Source of the DNA: an uncultured Eubacteriales bacterium
Lineage (GTDB): Bacteria; Acidobacteriota; Aminicenantia; Aminicenantales; Aminicenantaceae
Assembly (NCBI GenBank): GCA_964526905.1
Contig: CAZGMN010000002.1
Location: 1-43,277 of the forward strand
DNA: 43,277 nt
Reading direction: 5' to 3'
The notes beneath the pieces are model-generated. The model was not told the origin of the DNA, did not search any database, and saw only the letters and a program-made list of their open reading frames with translations. The position numbers and the translations under genes are program-made. This document shows, piece after piece, positions 18,509 through 27,488 of this stretch. Every line of letters starts with the position of its first letter. The first letter of the stretch is position 1.

Positions 18509-19228
18509 ATGATTAACCTAAGAATAAATGGCTTAGATGTGAAGGCTGAGAAGGGCTGGACCATACTTGAAACAGCTAAATTCTACGGACTGGAAATACC
18601 GACTCTCTGCTACCACGAAGGGTTAAGCCCATATGGAGGCTGCCGGCTTTGCCTGGTCGAAATCGGAGAAGGGCCAAAGGCTAAGCTGGTCAGCTCCTGC
18701 ACCTACCCGGCAGAGGAAGGGCTTGTTGTTCGGACAGACACCAAAAGAGTCATCGAGGCGCGGCGAATGATGATCGAGCTCATGCTTTCCATCGCCCCCT
18801 ATTCTAAAGTCATCCAGGATTTAGCTTCTAAATTCGGAGTGACAAAAGTCCGCTTCAAGATTCGAAACGAAGAATGCATCCTCTGCGGCCTTTGCGTCCG
18901 GATGTGCGCCGAGCAGATGGACGGCCGGGCGATCGGCTTTCAGAACCGTGGCTATAAAAGGAAAATCTCCACACCCTTTGACATTCGCTCCGAGGAATGC
19001 CGGCTCTGCGGGGGCTGCATCTACATCTGCCCAGCCTGCCAGTTGAGGTGCCAGGGACCTCAGGCAGAGACCGCAGTCTGCAATGCCTGCTTGACCATGG
19101 AGCCAACCTGCCTCGAACATTACGATGAGCTTCAGTGCTGGATGTACGATGCTGGCCGCTGCGGAACTTGCGTTCGAGAAAAGAGCGAAAAACGAGCTGA
19201 CAAGGAGCAGACAAGAGCGAGCAAATAG
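18509..19228 (+). CDS. NuoG/HydA N-terminal-like FeS protein ([2Fe-2S] plus two 4Fe-4S motifs) with an extra Cys-rich tail
   Basis: 239 aa. INGLDVKAEKGWTILETAKFYGLEIPTLCYHEGLSPYGGCRLCLVEI is the 2Fe-2S fold. The 4Fe-4S motifs are CILCGLCVRMC and CRLCGGCIYICP. Eight further Cys follow (ACQLRC...CNAC...C...C...CGTC). Confidence 0.8.
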   Translation: MINLRINGLDVKAEKGWTILETAKFYGLEIPTLCYHEGLSPYGGCRLCLVEIGEGPKAKLVSSCTYPAEEGLVVRTDTKRVIEARRMMIELMLSIAPYSKVIQDLASKFGVTKVRFKIRNEECILCGLCVRMCAEQMDGRAIGFQNRGYKRKISTPFDIRSEECRLCGGCIYICPACQLRCQGPQAETAVCNACLTMEPTCLEHYDELQCWMYDAGRCGTCVREKSEKRADKEQTRASK

Positions 19229-19301
19229 AAATGAGAGAATTTATGACTAACTTACTCTTCGCTGCTTATAAAATAAATTTGACGACAAGGAGGTAATCAT
19301 C

Positions 19302-20882
19302 ATGGCTTATACAAAACTCAACAGAAGCGCTGCCACTCTGACCAAGAACAGAACCGAAGGCTCGATCAGCCCTTTCAGCGGAATGTGCGTCACCTGTGTC
19401 GACGGCTGTATCGGAATGTGCGAGATAGGAAAATCAGCCTATCGCGGCCCTGAAGTCCTCTACCCTCAGCCTTTTGGCATCATTACCGCCGCCTCGGAGA
19501 AGGAGTATCCAGTTGACCTCTCTCATTTCAGCATCATGGGCACGGCTGTCGGAGCTTACGGCGTCGAGGCCGACAGCGACAAGGCGACATTTCCCAAAGT
19601 CAGCATCGAGACAGCGGTCGGACACGACAAAGGCATTAAGCTAAAAGTTCCCTTCATCCTCGGTGGTATGGGTTCAACAAACGTGGCCAAGCAGAATTGG
19701 GAGGGGCTGGCCAAAGGAGCGGCCATAGCTGGAACGATTCTCACCATCGGCGAGAATGTCTGCGGGATGGATGACGAATCTGAAATCAAGAACGGAAAGA
19801 TCGTCCGCTCTCCGGATATGGAATCCAGGATTAGGTTTTTCAAGGAATTCCAAGAAGACCGTTATGGCACAGTTGTTATCCAAGCCAATGTCGAAGATAC
19901 AAGGCTTGGGGTTCATGAGTATGTCATCCAGAAATTGGGAGTTGAAGCTGTTGAGCTGAAATGGGGACAGGGAGCCAAGGACATCGGTGGAGAGGTCAAG
20001 ATCAAGAGCCTTAAAAAAGCCCAGGAATTAAAGAAAAGAGGCTATATTGTTCTGCCCGACCCTAATGACCCCAGTGTCATCCAGGCCTTTGAGAAGGGAA
20101 GCTTCAAGGAGTTCGAAAGACACTCCAGGTTGGGGATGGTCGAGGAGGAAGGCTTCATGAAAAGAGTCGAGGAATTGAGAAAGGCAGGCGCAAAATATGT
20201 CTTCCTCAAGACCGGAGCTTACAGACCTGCGGATTTGGCCAGGGCGGTTAAGTTCTCCTCAAAAGCCAAGATTGACCTTTTAACAGTCGACGGTGCCGGC
20301 GGCGGAACAGGAATGAGCCCCTGGCGGATGATGAACGAATGGGGAATTCCGAGCGTTGAAATCTGGTCGCTTCTCTATCAATACCTGCACAAACTCAACC
20401 AAAAAGGAGAATACATTCCGGATGTGGCTGTGGCTGGCGGCATCACTTTTGAAGACCAGATTTACAAAGCATTGGCTTTGGGCGCTCCTTATTTTAAAGC
20501 CGTGGGAATGGCCAGGGGTCCGATGGCAGCGACCATGGTCGGAAAAACTATCGGCAAGAGAATCAAGGAAGGGCAGATTCCAGTCTATGTCGAACGCTTC
20601 GGCAGCACGGCTGAAGAAATCTTTGTCACCGCTCCAGAATTAAAGAGAAAGTACAAAGAGAGATTCAACGAAATTCCCACGGGGGCCATGGGCCTTTACA
20701 GTTATTTCTCGAGGCTCAGCCAGGGCTTGCGCCAGCTCATGGCTGGAAACAGAAAGTTCAACCTGAGCTACATCAGCCGCACTGACATCGCTGCCTTGAC
20801 TCAAGATGCGGCACAGGTCAGCGGTATTCCCTATATCCTGGATGTTGATAAAGAGGAAGTTGATAAAATTTTAAAAAGCTGA
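19302..20882 (+). CDS. FMN-binding glutamate-synthase-family protein (GltB central-domain-like, stand-alone)
   Basis: 526 aa. The TIM-barrel signature is LLTVDGAGGGTGMSPW ... VAVAGGITFEDQIYKALALGA. An N-terminal Cys cluster reads CVTCVDGCIGMCE. A strong RBS (AAGGAGG) lies ~7 nt upstream of the ATG. Confidence 0.85.
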   Translation: MAYTKLNRSAATLTKNRTEGSISPFSGMCVTCVDGCIGMCEIGKSAYRGPEVLYPQPFGIITAASEKEYPVDLSHFSIMGTAVGAYGVEADSDKATFPKVSIETAVGHDKGIKLKVPFILGGMGSTNVAKQNWEGLAKGAAIAGTILTIGENVCGMDDESEIKNGKIVRSPDMESRIRFFKEFQEDRYGTVVIQANVEDTRLGVHEYVIQKLGVEAVELKWGQGAKDIGGEVKIKSLKKAQELKKRGYIVLPDPNDPSVIQAFEKGSFKEFERHSRLGMVEEEGFMKRVEELRKAGAKYVFLKTGAYRPADLARAVKFSSKAKIDLLTVDGAGGGTGMSPWRMMNEWGIPSVEIWSLLYQYLHKLNQKGEYIPDVAVAGGITFEDQIYKALALGAPYFKAVGMARGPMAATMVGKTIGKRIKEGQIPVYVERFGSTAEEIFVTAPELKRKYKERFNEIPTGAMGLYSYFSRLSQGLRQLMAGNRKFNLSYISRTDIAALTQDAAQVSGIPYILDVDKEEVDKILKS

Positions 20883-20900
20883 AATATTCTTAAAGAAAAG

Positions 20901-20950
20901 GCGGAACAGGTTTGGATGCTTTAGGCGTCAAGCCTGTTCCGCTTTTTTAT
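20901..20950 (+). terminator. Rho-independent terminator closing the 4-gene redox operon
   Basis: A perfect 10-bp stem pairs GCGGAACAGG (20901-10) with CCTGTTCCGC (20933-42). Further pairing extends inward, and TTTTTTATTT follows. Confidence 0.8.
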
Positions 20951-20970
20951 TTCTCTATTTTTTGTAACTC

Positions 20971-20999
20971 TTTACGGCATGGAATTGATATGTTATAAA
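20971..20999 (+). promoter_or_regulatory. Candidate extended -10 sigma-70 promoter for the M50-trpS-scpAB unit
   Basis: TTTACG-N17-TATAAA preceded by TGT (TGnTATAAA). The ATG at 21015 lies only 15 nt after the -10 box, with no Shine-Dalgarno sequence. Confidence 0.4.
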
Positions 21000-21014
21000 T
21001 AGCTCTGGCCTAAA

Positions 21015-21650
21015 ATGGAAATTCTTAACAGAATCATCGGCTACTTTGTCTTGCTCTTCGCCATCACCATTCACGAATCCGCCCATGGCTGGGCCGCACT
21101 CAAAATGGGAGACCCCACGGCTTATGACTTGGGAAGAATCTCTCTTAACCCGCTTCATCATATCGACCTCATCGGAACCGTTCTTCTCCCCTTTATCATG
21201 ATGCTCACCGGCATCCCCTTCTTTGGCTGGGCAAAACCCGTTCCGGTCAATCCTCTCAATCTGCGAAACCCGCGCCGCGATAACCTCCTCATCTCAGCAG
21301 CCGGACCGCTCTCTAACCTCATTGCCGGTGCTCTTTTTCTAATCGCAATTATCTTCCTAAAATCCTTGAGCTCCAATTTTGCCAACTTTTTCGCTATCCA
21401 GGGATTGGCTTTAATCCTTTTCTATGGAGCTTTGATCAACACTCTGTTGGCCGTCTTCAATCTCATTCCTGTTCCTCCCTTAGATGGGAGTGGGGTGCTG
21501 ATGGGCTTTCTCTCGGATGAAGCTGCAGAAAAATACGATAAAATTCGCCCTTATGGCTTTTTGATCATACTCGCCCTGCTCTTTCTCAGAGTTCTTGACC
21601 TCATTTTCACACCCATTTACAATTTAATAGCCACTATAGCCTTGATCTAA
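21015..21650 (+). CDS. Site-2 protease family (M50) membrane zinc metalloprotease, small form without PDZ
   Basis: 211 aa, polytopic. HESAHGW (HEXXH) lies in the first TM region. The second motif is FNLIPVPPLDGS. Confidence 0.85.
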   Translation: MEILNRIIGYFVLLFAITIHESAHGWAALKMGDPTAYDLGRISLNPLHHIDLIGTVLLPFIMMLTGIPFFGWAKPVPVNPLNLRNPRRDNLLISAAGPLSNLIAGALFLIAIIFLKSLSSNFANFFAIQGLALILFYGALINTLLAVFNLIPVPPLDGSGVLMGFLSDEAAEKYDKIRPYGFLIILALLFLRVLDLIFTPIYNLIATIALI

Positions 21651-21651
21651 A

Positions 21652-22644
21652 ATGAGTGATAAAAAGAAAAAGACTGTCTTGAGCGGGATGAGGCCAACAG
21701 GCCCTCTCCATCTTGGTCATTTGGCCGGCCCTCTTCGCGACTGGATCAAGATGCAAAGCCAATATCATTGTTTTTATACGATCGTCACCTGGCACGCCCT
21801 GAGTTCCGAATACCAGAATTCGAAGGTCATCAAAGAATACATTTTCGAAGTCGCCGCCGACTGGATGAGCATTGGTTTAGAGCCGAATAAATCCGTTCTC
21901 TTTGTTCAATCCGAGGTCAAGGAGCATGCCGAACTCCATCTGCTTCTGTCGATGTTCACTCCTCTTCCCTGGCTGGAAAGGGTCCCGACCTTCAAGGAGA
22001 TGCAGCGAGAGAATCCGGATAAAGAGCTCAATACCTATGGCTTCCTCGGATATCCCATGCTTCAAGCGGCTGATATCCTGATCTACAAGGCCGACGTCGT
22101 TCCTGTCGGAGAAGACCAGGCTTATCACCTCGAGTTTACAAGAGAGGTGGCAAGGCGCTTCAACCGGCTTTGCGGAAAGGTCTTTCCAGAGCCCCAGACT
22201 TTGCTCAGCGAAGTTCCGAGGGTGGCAGGAACAGACGGCCGCAAGATGAGCAAATCCTACGGGAATGCTATCTTCCTCAAAGACCCTCCGCAGATTGTCC
22301 GACAAAAAATCGAAACAATGAAGACCGACATCCGGCGCAAGCGAAGGACAGACCCGGGAGAACCAAATGACTGTCCTGCCTTCACTCTGCACAAAGCCTT
22401 TGTCAATCAAGAGAAAAGAGAGGAGTTGGCTCAAGGTTGCCGAACAGCCGGCATCGGCTGTCTGGAATGCAAGAATGTCGTCATCGAGAGGCTGGAGGAA
22501 ATCCTCTCTCCCTACAGGGAAAAGAGGAAAAGCTTCAATAAAAACCGCCAGCTTGTCTGGGATATCCTTGAAGAGGGAAACGGGCGGGCACGACGGGCCG
22601 CTCAAAGGACGATGGAAGAAGTCAGGGCTCATCTCGGCTTTTGA
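21652..22644 (+). CDS. trpS: Tryptophan--tRNA ligase
   Basis: 330 aa. SGMRPTGPLHLGHLAG contains the HIGH-type motif. Also present are GEDQAYHLEFTREVARRFN and KMSKS. Confidence 0.95.
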   Translation: MSDKKKKTVLSGMRPTGPLHLGHLAGPLRDWIKMQSQYHCFYTIVTWHALSSEYQNSKVIKEYIFEVAADWMSIGLEPNKSVLFVQSEVKEHAELHLLLSMFTPLPWLERVPTFKEMQRENPDKELNTYGFLGYPMLQAADILIYKADVVPVGEDQAYHLEFTREVARRFNRLCGKVFPEPQTLLSEVPRVAGTDGRKMSKSYGNAIFLKDPPQIVRQKIETMKTDIRRKRRTDPGEPNDCPAFTLHKAFVNQEKREELAQGCRTAGIGCLECKNVVIERLEEILSPYREKRKSFNKNRQLVWDILEEGNGRARRAAQRTMEEVRAHLGF

Positions 22645-23399
22645 GAGACCATTTCAAAACCATGGAGACTTTGGAAACCTACCAGGTCAAGCTGGAAGCT
22701 TTTCAAGGCCCGCTTGACCTCCTTCTTTTCCTGATCAAAAAAAGAAAAATCGATATCCACGATATCCCCATCGCCATCATCACCAGGGAATACCTGGAAT
22801 ATCTCAATCATAAGAAAAGGATAAATCTTGACCGGGAAGCCGAATTCCTGCTCATCGCCGCGCTTCTCATCCACATCAAGTCCCAGATGCTTCTTCCCCG
22901 GGAGAGAGTTCTTGAAGAAGAAGAAGAAAAAGACCCGCGACAACTTCTTGTCGAGCGCCTTGTGGATTATCAAAAAATCAAAACAGCCAGCCTGCTTCTG
23001 AAAGAGAAGGAGGACGAAGAGCTTCAGAAATGGAGAAGGACCTTCCTTCCTCCGCTGCTCGAGACCGATGCCCTGGATTTCATCGAAGTCTCCCTCTTTG
23101 ACTTGGCAGAGTCCTTTTTCAGGCTGATGAGGCAAAGAGAGAAAGAGGAAACGAAGACTATAAAAGGAAAGGAAATCTCTCTCGAACAGAAAATGAGAGA
23201 AATCATCCAAGAATTAAAAAAGAATTCTTTTCTCGATTTTCTGGACTACTTCAATCGGCAGGAATCCTTTGAAGAAGCTTTTGTCGCCTTCTTCAGCCTC
23301 CTGGAGCTGATCAAGTTGAAAATCGTTATCGCCACCCAGGAAAGCCACTTTCAATCGATTAAAGTCTGGTTCAGAAAAAAGGCTCATAAGGTCAACTGA
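22641..23399 (+). CDS. scpA: Segregation and condensation protein A
   Basis: 252 aa. FQGPLDLLLFLIKKRKIDIHDIPIAIITREYLEYL is the canonical ScpA N-terminus. 4-nt overlap with trpS. Confidence 0.85.
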   Translation: MRDHFKTMETLETYQVKLEAFQGPLDLLLFLIKKRKIDIHDIPIAIITREYLEYLNHKKRINLDREAEFLLIAALLIHIKSQMLLPRERVLEEEEEKDPRQLLVERLVDYQKIKTASLLLKEKEDEELQKWRRTFLPPLLETDALDFIEVSLFDLAESFFRLMRQREKEETKTIKGKEISLEQKMREIIQELKKNSFLDFLDYFNRQESFEEAFVAFFSLLELIKLKIVIATQESHFQSIKVWFRKKAHKVN

Positions 23400-23947
23400 T
23401 GGACACCAAACTTAGAGAAATCATCGAATCCTTGATATTCATCTCCCAAGAGCCTCTCTCTCTGGAGAAGATGAAAGAAGTTCTTCAAGAGTTTCCTTTT
23501 GAAGAGGTCGAAGGTGCTTTCAAGGAACTCAAGGAAAGCTATGCCTCAAACGATCGTGGAATCCAAATCATCCAGCGGGCGGGGGGCTATCTTCTCTCCA
23601 CAAAGCCAGAGTGCGATTTATGGGTCAGGCGCCTGCTCAAGATGGAAAGAAAGAATAAACTTACCTCTGCCTCACTTGAGACCCTATCGGCCATCGCCTA
23701 TCACCAGCCCACGACTCTATCTGAAATTTCGGTTTTAAGAGGCGTGGATTCGACACACACTCTGAAAACTCTCCTCCAAAAAAAGCTGATCAAAATCGTT
23801 GGAAGGAAAAAGAGTCCGGGAAGTCCCCTCCTCTACCGGACAACAGATAAATTCTTAACCTATTTTGGCCTCAACAGCCTCGATGACCTCCCCTCGCCGG
23901 AAGAAATTAAGAAAATCCTTGAGGAGCAGGCGGACCTGGAAGAATAA
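23399..23947 (+). CDS. scpB: Segregation and condensation protein B
   Basis: 182 aa. IESLIFISQEPLSLEKM... and LETLSAIAYHQPTTLSEISVLRGV form the winged-helix pair. It overlaps the scpA stop. Confidence 0.85.
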   Translation: MDTKLREIIESLIFISQEPLSLEKMKEVLQEFPFEEVEGAFKELKESYASNDRGIQIIQRAGGYLLSTKPECDLWVRRLLKMERKNKLTSASLETLSAIAYHQPTTLSEISVLRGVDSTHTLKTLLQKKLIKIVGRKKSPGSPLLYRTTDKFLTYFGLNSLDDLPSPEEIKKILEEQADLEE

Positions 23948-23985
23948 GAAATGGAGCTAAGTTAAGATTTTATCTGGACTTAAGA

Positions 23986-24014
23986 TTGACAAACAATTTC
24001 AACTAAGATAGGAT
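23986..24014 (+). promoter_or_regulatory. Candidate sigma-70 promoter for ispH-rpsA-IHF-HIT
   Basis: TTGACA (23986-91)-N17-TAGGAT (24009-14), ~30 nt upstream of the ispH ATG. Confidence 0.4.
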
Positions 24015-24045
24015 ATTTTATCAATATCATCCAATCCCGAAAGAG

Positions 24046-24924
24046 ATGGAAATCATAGTCGCCAAAAACTCTGGCCTTTGTTACGGAGTCAAAAGAGCTT
24101 TGAATATTGCTAAGAAAACAAGGGAAAAGACAAAAGGCGCTGTATTCACTCTGGGAGCGCTGATCCACAATCCCCAGGTGATCGCCAGCTTGGAAAAAAA
24201 GGGAATTTATCCCATCAGCAAGTTTGAAAAGCTCAACCAAGGAACGGTCATCATCCGCAGCCACGGCGTTTCTCCCGCCGTCTACAATCGGCTTGCCAAA
24301 AAAAAGATAGGAGTTGTCGATGCCACCTGTCCTATTGTCAAAAAAATCCAAGGATTGGTCGAGTACCTAGCCAAGGAAAAAGCAGAAATCATCATTGTCG
24401 GAAACAAAGAGCACCCTGAGATTGAAGGGCTTATCGGATACAGCCGAGGAAAAGGAATCATCGTTGAAAATGAGGAACAAGCACGAAGCCTCCCCCAACG
24501 GAAGAAAAGAGCGATACTGGCTCAATCCACCCAGGATATCTATCTCTTCCAGAGAATTGTTGCCGCTTTAATCGAAAAAACAGACCAATTAAGAGTCTAC
24601 AACACGATCTGCCATTCCACTCAGACTCGGCAGAAGTTGACCTCGCAACTCGCATCTCAGGTCGACACTTTGTTCATCGTTGGAGGAAGGTCGAGCTCTA
24701 ACACCAACAAGCTTTATCAGATTTCAAAGAGGATCCTGCCCAAAACCTATTTCATCGAAAGCGCAGAACAAATCACTCCTCGAATGCTCGAAGGAGCAAA
24801 AAAAATTGGTCTTTCAGGAGGGGCCTCAACTCCTCCTGAAGCTATCCAAGAAGCTGTAGCAAAAATCAAGTCGAGCTTCAGAAGCCAATCTCAAAGGGAG
24901 AATATTGTCCAATGTCAGAGGTAA
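24046..24924 (+). CDS. ispH: 4-hydroxy-3-methylbut-2-enyl diphosphate reductase
   Basis: 292 aa. Motifs: GLCYGVKRAL, IHNPQV, IRSHGV, DATCPIVKK, GNKEHPE, NTICHST, VVGGRSSSNT. Confidence 0.92.
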   Translation: MEIIVAKNSGLCYGVKRALNIAKKTREKTKGAVFTLGALIHNPQVIASLEKKGIYPISKFEKLNQGTVIIRSHGVSPAVYNRLAKKKIGVVDATCPIVKKIQGLVEYLAKEKAEIIIVGNKEHPEIEGLIGYSRGKGIIVENEEQARSLPQRKKRAILAQSTQDIYLFQRIVAALIEKTDQLRVYNTICHSTQTRQKLTSQLASQVDTLFIVGGRSSSNTNKLYQISKRILPKTYFIESAEQITPRMLEGAKKIGLSGGASTPPEAIQEAVAKIKSSFRSQSQRENIVQCQR

Positions 24925-26657
24925 GAAAAAACACCCAGAAAGATGAGAAAGACACTTTTGAAGACTACAAAAGCTTGCTGGAGAAATACCAGTTCAACGC
25001 TAAAGAGTTAGTCCCGGGGAAAATCGTCAGGGGTAAAGTGATTAAGATCACGTCCGCTCATGTTCTTCTCGACATCGGCTTCAAGTCGGAAGGCATCATT
25101 CCCATCGAGGATTTCGATAAAGGAGCGGAGCTCAAAGAAATTCGTCAAGGGGATGAGGTCGAAGCCGTCCTGGAGCGAAGCGACCGAAAAGAGGGCTATC
25201 TCATTCTTTCCCATAAAAAAGCAGTCACTCTGACTGCTCTGAATAATCTGGAAAAAGCTTTTAACCAGAAGACATGGGTCACAGGAAAAATCACCGAAAA
25301 AACAAAGAATGGATACACGGTCAATGTCGGAATCGATACTTTCCTTCCTGATTCCCATGCGGATATCAGGGTCGTCAAGGAGCCGGAGAAGCTTCTAGGA
25401 AACAAGTATAAATTTAAGGTTATAAAATTCGACAGGAAGACCGAGAATGCAGTTCTCTCTCGAAAACTTTTCCTCCAGGATGAAAAAGAAAAAAGAAAAA
25501 GACGATTGTTCGGCCAGATCAGCCGGGGGCAAAAAATAAAAGGCGAAGTCAAGTCTTTGACAAACTTCGGGGCTTTTATAGATATCGGAGGAGTGGAAGG
25601 CCTCCTTCATATTTCAGATATGTCCTGGGGGAAGCTCGGTCATCCCTCAGAGCTTTTTAAAGTTGGAGATGAAGTTGAAGTTGTTGTCCTCGACTTTAAT
25701 GAAAAAGAGGAAAAAGTCTCTCTTGGCTATAAGCAATTTACCCCTGATCCATGGGAAAAAATTGAAGAGAAATATAAAATCGGGCAAAAATATAACGGGA
25801 GGGTGGTCAGCCTTACAGATTTTGGAGCTTTTGTCGAGCTCGAAAAAGGCGTGGAAGGCTTGGTCCACATTTCAGACCTGACCTGGTCAAGAAAGCTCAT
25901 CCATCCCAGGAAAGTTCTCAGCCCAGGAGAAGACGTTGTGGTTTCAGTCCTGGATATCAATTCTTCGGCAAAAAGAATCTCGTTGGGTCTCAAACAGGTG
26001 ACGCCTCATCCTCTGGAGCTTCTCAAGCAGAAATACAGTCCGGGTTCGAGAGTCAAAGGAACCATAACCAGCATAACGGATTTCGGGGCCTTCATGGAAG
26101 TTGAGAAAGGGGTAGAAGGGCTAATTCATATTTCTGATATCAGCTGGGAAAAAATCAAACATCCGTCTCAGAAACTGAAAGCCGGCCAGGAGGCAGAAGC
26201 CATAATTCTGAACATCGATGTCGCCAAACAAAAATTATCATTGGGCATCAAGCAGCTTGAAGGAGATATTTGGGAGGATTTCTTCAAGCGGCAGAAGATC
26301 GGAGAGTTGGTCAAAGTGAAAGTTGTCCGCTTGACAGATTTTGGCGTTTTCGTTGAAATCACTCCTGGAATTGAAGGCATTGTTTTCCTTTCCGAGGTCG
26401 ACGAAAAGAGAATCGAAAATCCTGAAGAGGTTTTATCTGTAGGGGAAGAGCGCCTGGCCAAAATCATTAAAATGAATCCCAAAGAGAAGAAAATCTCGCT
26501 CAGCTTCAGACAGGCCCAGCTCGAACTGCAGAAGTTGGAATATCAAAAGTACATCCAGAACCAGAAAAGATTAACTCTCGGCGATGTCTTTAAGGACCAA
26601 CTCGAGCAAATCCGCTCTCCACAAAAAGTGAAAAAAAAGGAGGGAAAAAATGATTAA
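24912..26657 (+). CDS. rpsA: 30S ribosomal protein S1 (six S1 domains)
   Basis: 581 aa with repeated G.V..I...GAFV.....EGL.HISD modules. It overlaps ispH by 13 nt. Confidence 0.95.
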   Translation: MSEVRKNTQKDEKDTFEDYKSLLEKYQFNAKELVPGKIVRGKVIKITSAHVLLDIGFKSEGIIPIEDFDKGAELKEIRQGDEVEAVLERSDRKEGYLILSHKKAVTLTALNNLEKAFNQKTWVTGKITEKTKNGYTVNVGIDTFLPDSHADIRVVKEPEKLLGNKYKFKVIKFDRKTENAVLSRKLFLQDEKEKRKRRLFGQISRGQKIKGEVKSLTNFGAFIDIGGVEGLLHISDMSWGKLGHPSELFKVGDEVEVVVLDFNEKEEKVSLGYKQFTPDPWEKIEEKYKIGQKYNGRVVSLTDFGAFVELEKGVEGLVHISDLTWSRKLIHPRKVLSPGEDVVVSVLDINSSAKRISLGLKQVTPHPLELLKQKYSPGSRVKGTITSITDFGAFMEVEKGVEGLIHISDISWEKIKHPSQKLKAGQEAEAIILNIDVAKQKLSLGIKQLEGDIWEDFFKRQKIGELVKVKVVRLTDFGVFVEITPGIEGIVFLSEVDEKRIENPEEVLSVGEERLAKIIKMNPKEKKISLSFRQAQLELQKLEYQKYIQNQKRLTLGDVFKDQLEQIRSPQKVKKKEGKND

Positions 26658-26928
26658 AGCCGACCTAATCAACAAAATTTCCAAGGAGATGAACATCCCC
26701 AGGCAAGAGGCAGAAGTCGGAGTGAATCTCTTCTTTGATACGATTAAAGAGGCAATTTTAAAAGGGGAAGAGATCGAATTGAGGGGATTTGGAAGTTTTC
26801 GCTTCAGGCAGAGGAATTCGAGAGCGGGGAGAAATCCCCGGACGGGCGAAGCCGTTCAGGTCCCCTCCAAGAAAGTCTTATACTTTAAGCCGAGCAAAAT
26901 TCTAAAGAACATGATCAACACCAAATGA
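26650..26928 (+). CDS. IHF/HU-family DNA-bending protein, IHF-like
   Basis: 92 aa. IELRGFGSFRFRQRNSRAGRNPRTGEAVQVPSKKVLYFKPSK is the IHF arm signature. It lies directly after rpsA, as ihfB does in proteobacteria. Confidence 0.85.
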   Translation: MIKADLINKISKEMNIPRQEAEVGVNLFFDTIKEAILKGEEIELRGFGSFRFRQRNSRAGRNPRTGEAVQVPSKKVLYFKPSKILKNMINTK

Positions 26929-27422
26929 TGCACTACATCTCAGCTCCTTGGAGAGAGGAATATGTCAGAAAAATACTGAAGATGAGCGGATGCATTTTTT
27001 GTCAGGCGCTTAAAGCTAAATCGGACCGCCAGGCCTTTATCCTCTTCCGCGGCGTCCACAACTTCATCCTCCTCAATAAATATCCTTACACAACGGCGCA
27101 TCTCTTGATTGCACCCTATATCCACCTTGCTTCGTTTGAAAAGGCAAAGAAAGAGCTGACGGATGAAATGACGGACCTCCTCAAGTTGAGCTTGAGAGTT
27201 CTGAAAAAGGAATACCGACCTCACGGCTTCAACACCGGCATGAACCTGGGCCAAAGCGCCGGAGCAGGAGTCGCGGACCATTATCATCTCCATGTCATCT
27301 TACGCTGGAGCGGTGATTCAAATTTCATGCCCATAGTCGGCAAGACGAAGGTGATGATCGAAGATCTTGAAAGGACTTATGACCGCCTCCTTCCTCTTTT
27401 TCAGAAGATAAAATCAGGTTGA
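26925..27422 (+). CDS. HIT-family nucleotide hydrolase/transferase (Ap4A phosphorylase-like)
   Basis: 165 aa with histidine triad HYHLHVI and LNKYPYTTAHLLI. Confidence 0.8.
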   Translation: MMHYISAPWREEYVRKILKMSGCIFCQALKAKSDRQAFILFRGVHNFILLNKYPYTTAHLLIAPYIHLASFEKAKKELTDEMTDLLKLSLRVLKKEYRPHGFNTGMNLGQSAGAGVADHYHLHVILRWSGDSNFMPIVGKTKVMIEDLERTYDRLLPLFQKIKSG

Positions 27423-27488
27423 TAAATTAGAGGCTGATCATTATCCTCAATGAAACAAGAGGCCCAAATCTCATAAAAGAGAAGAAAA

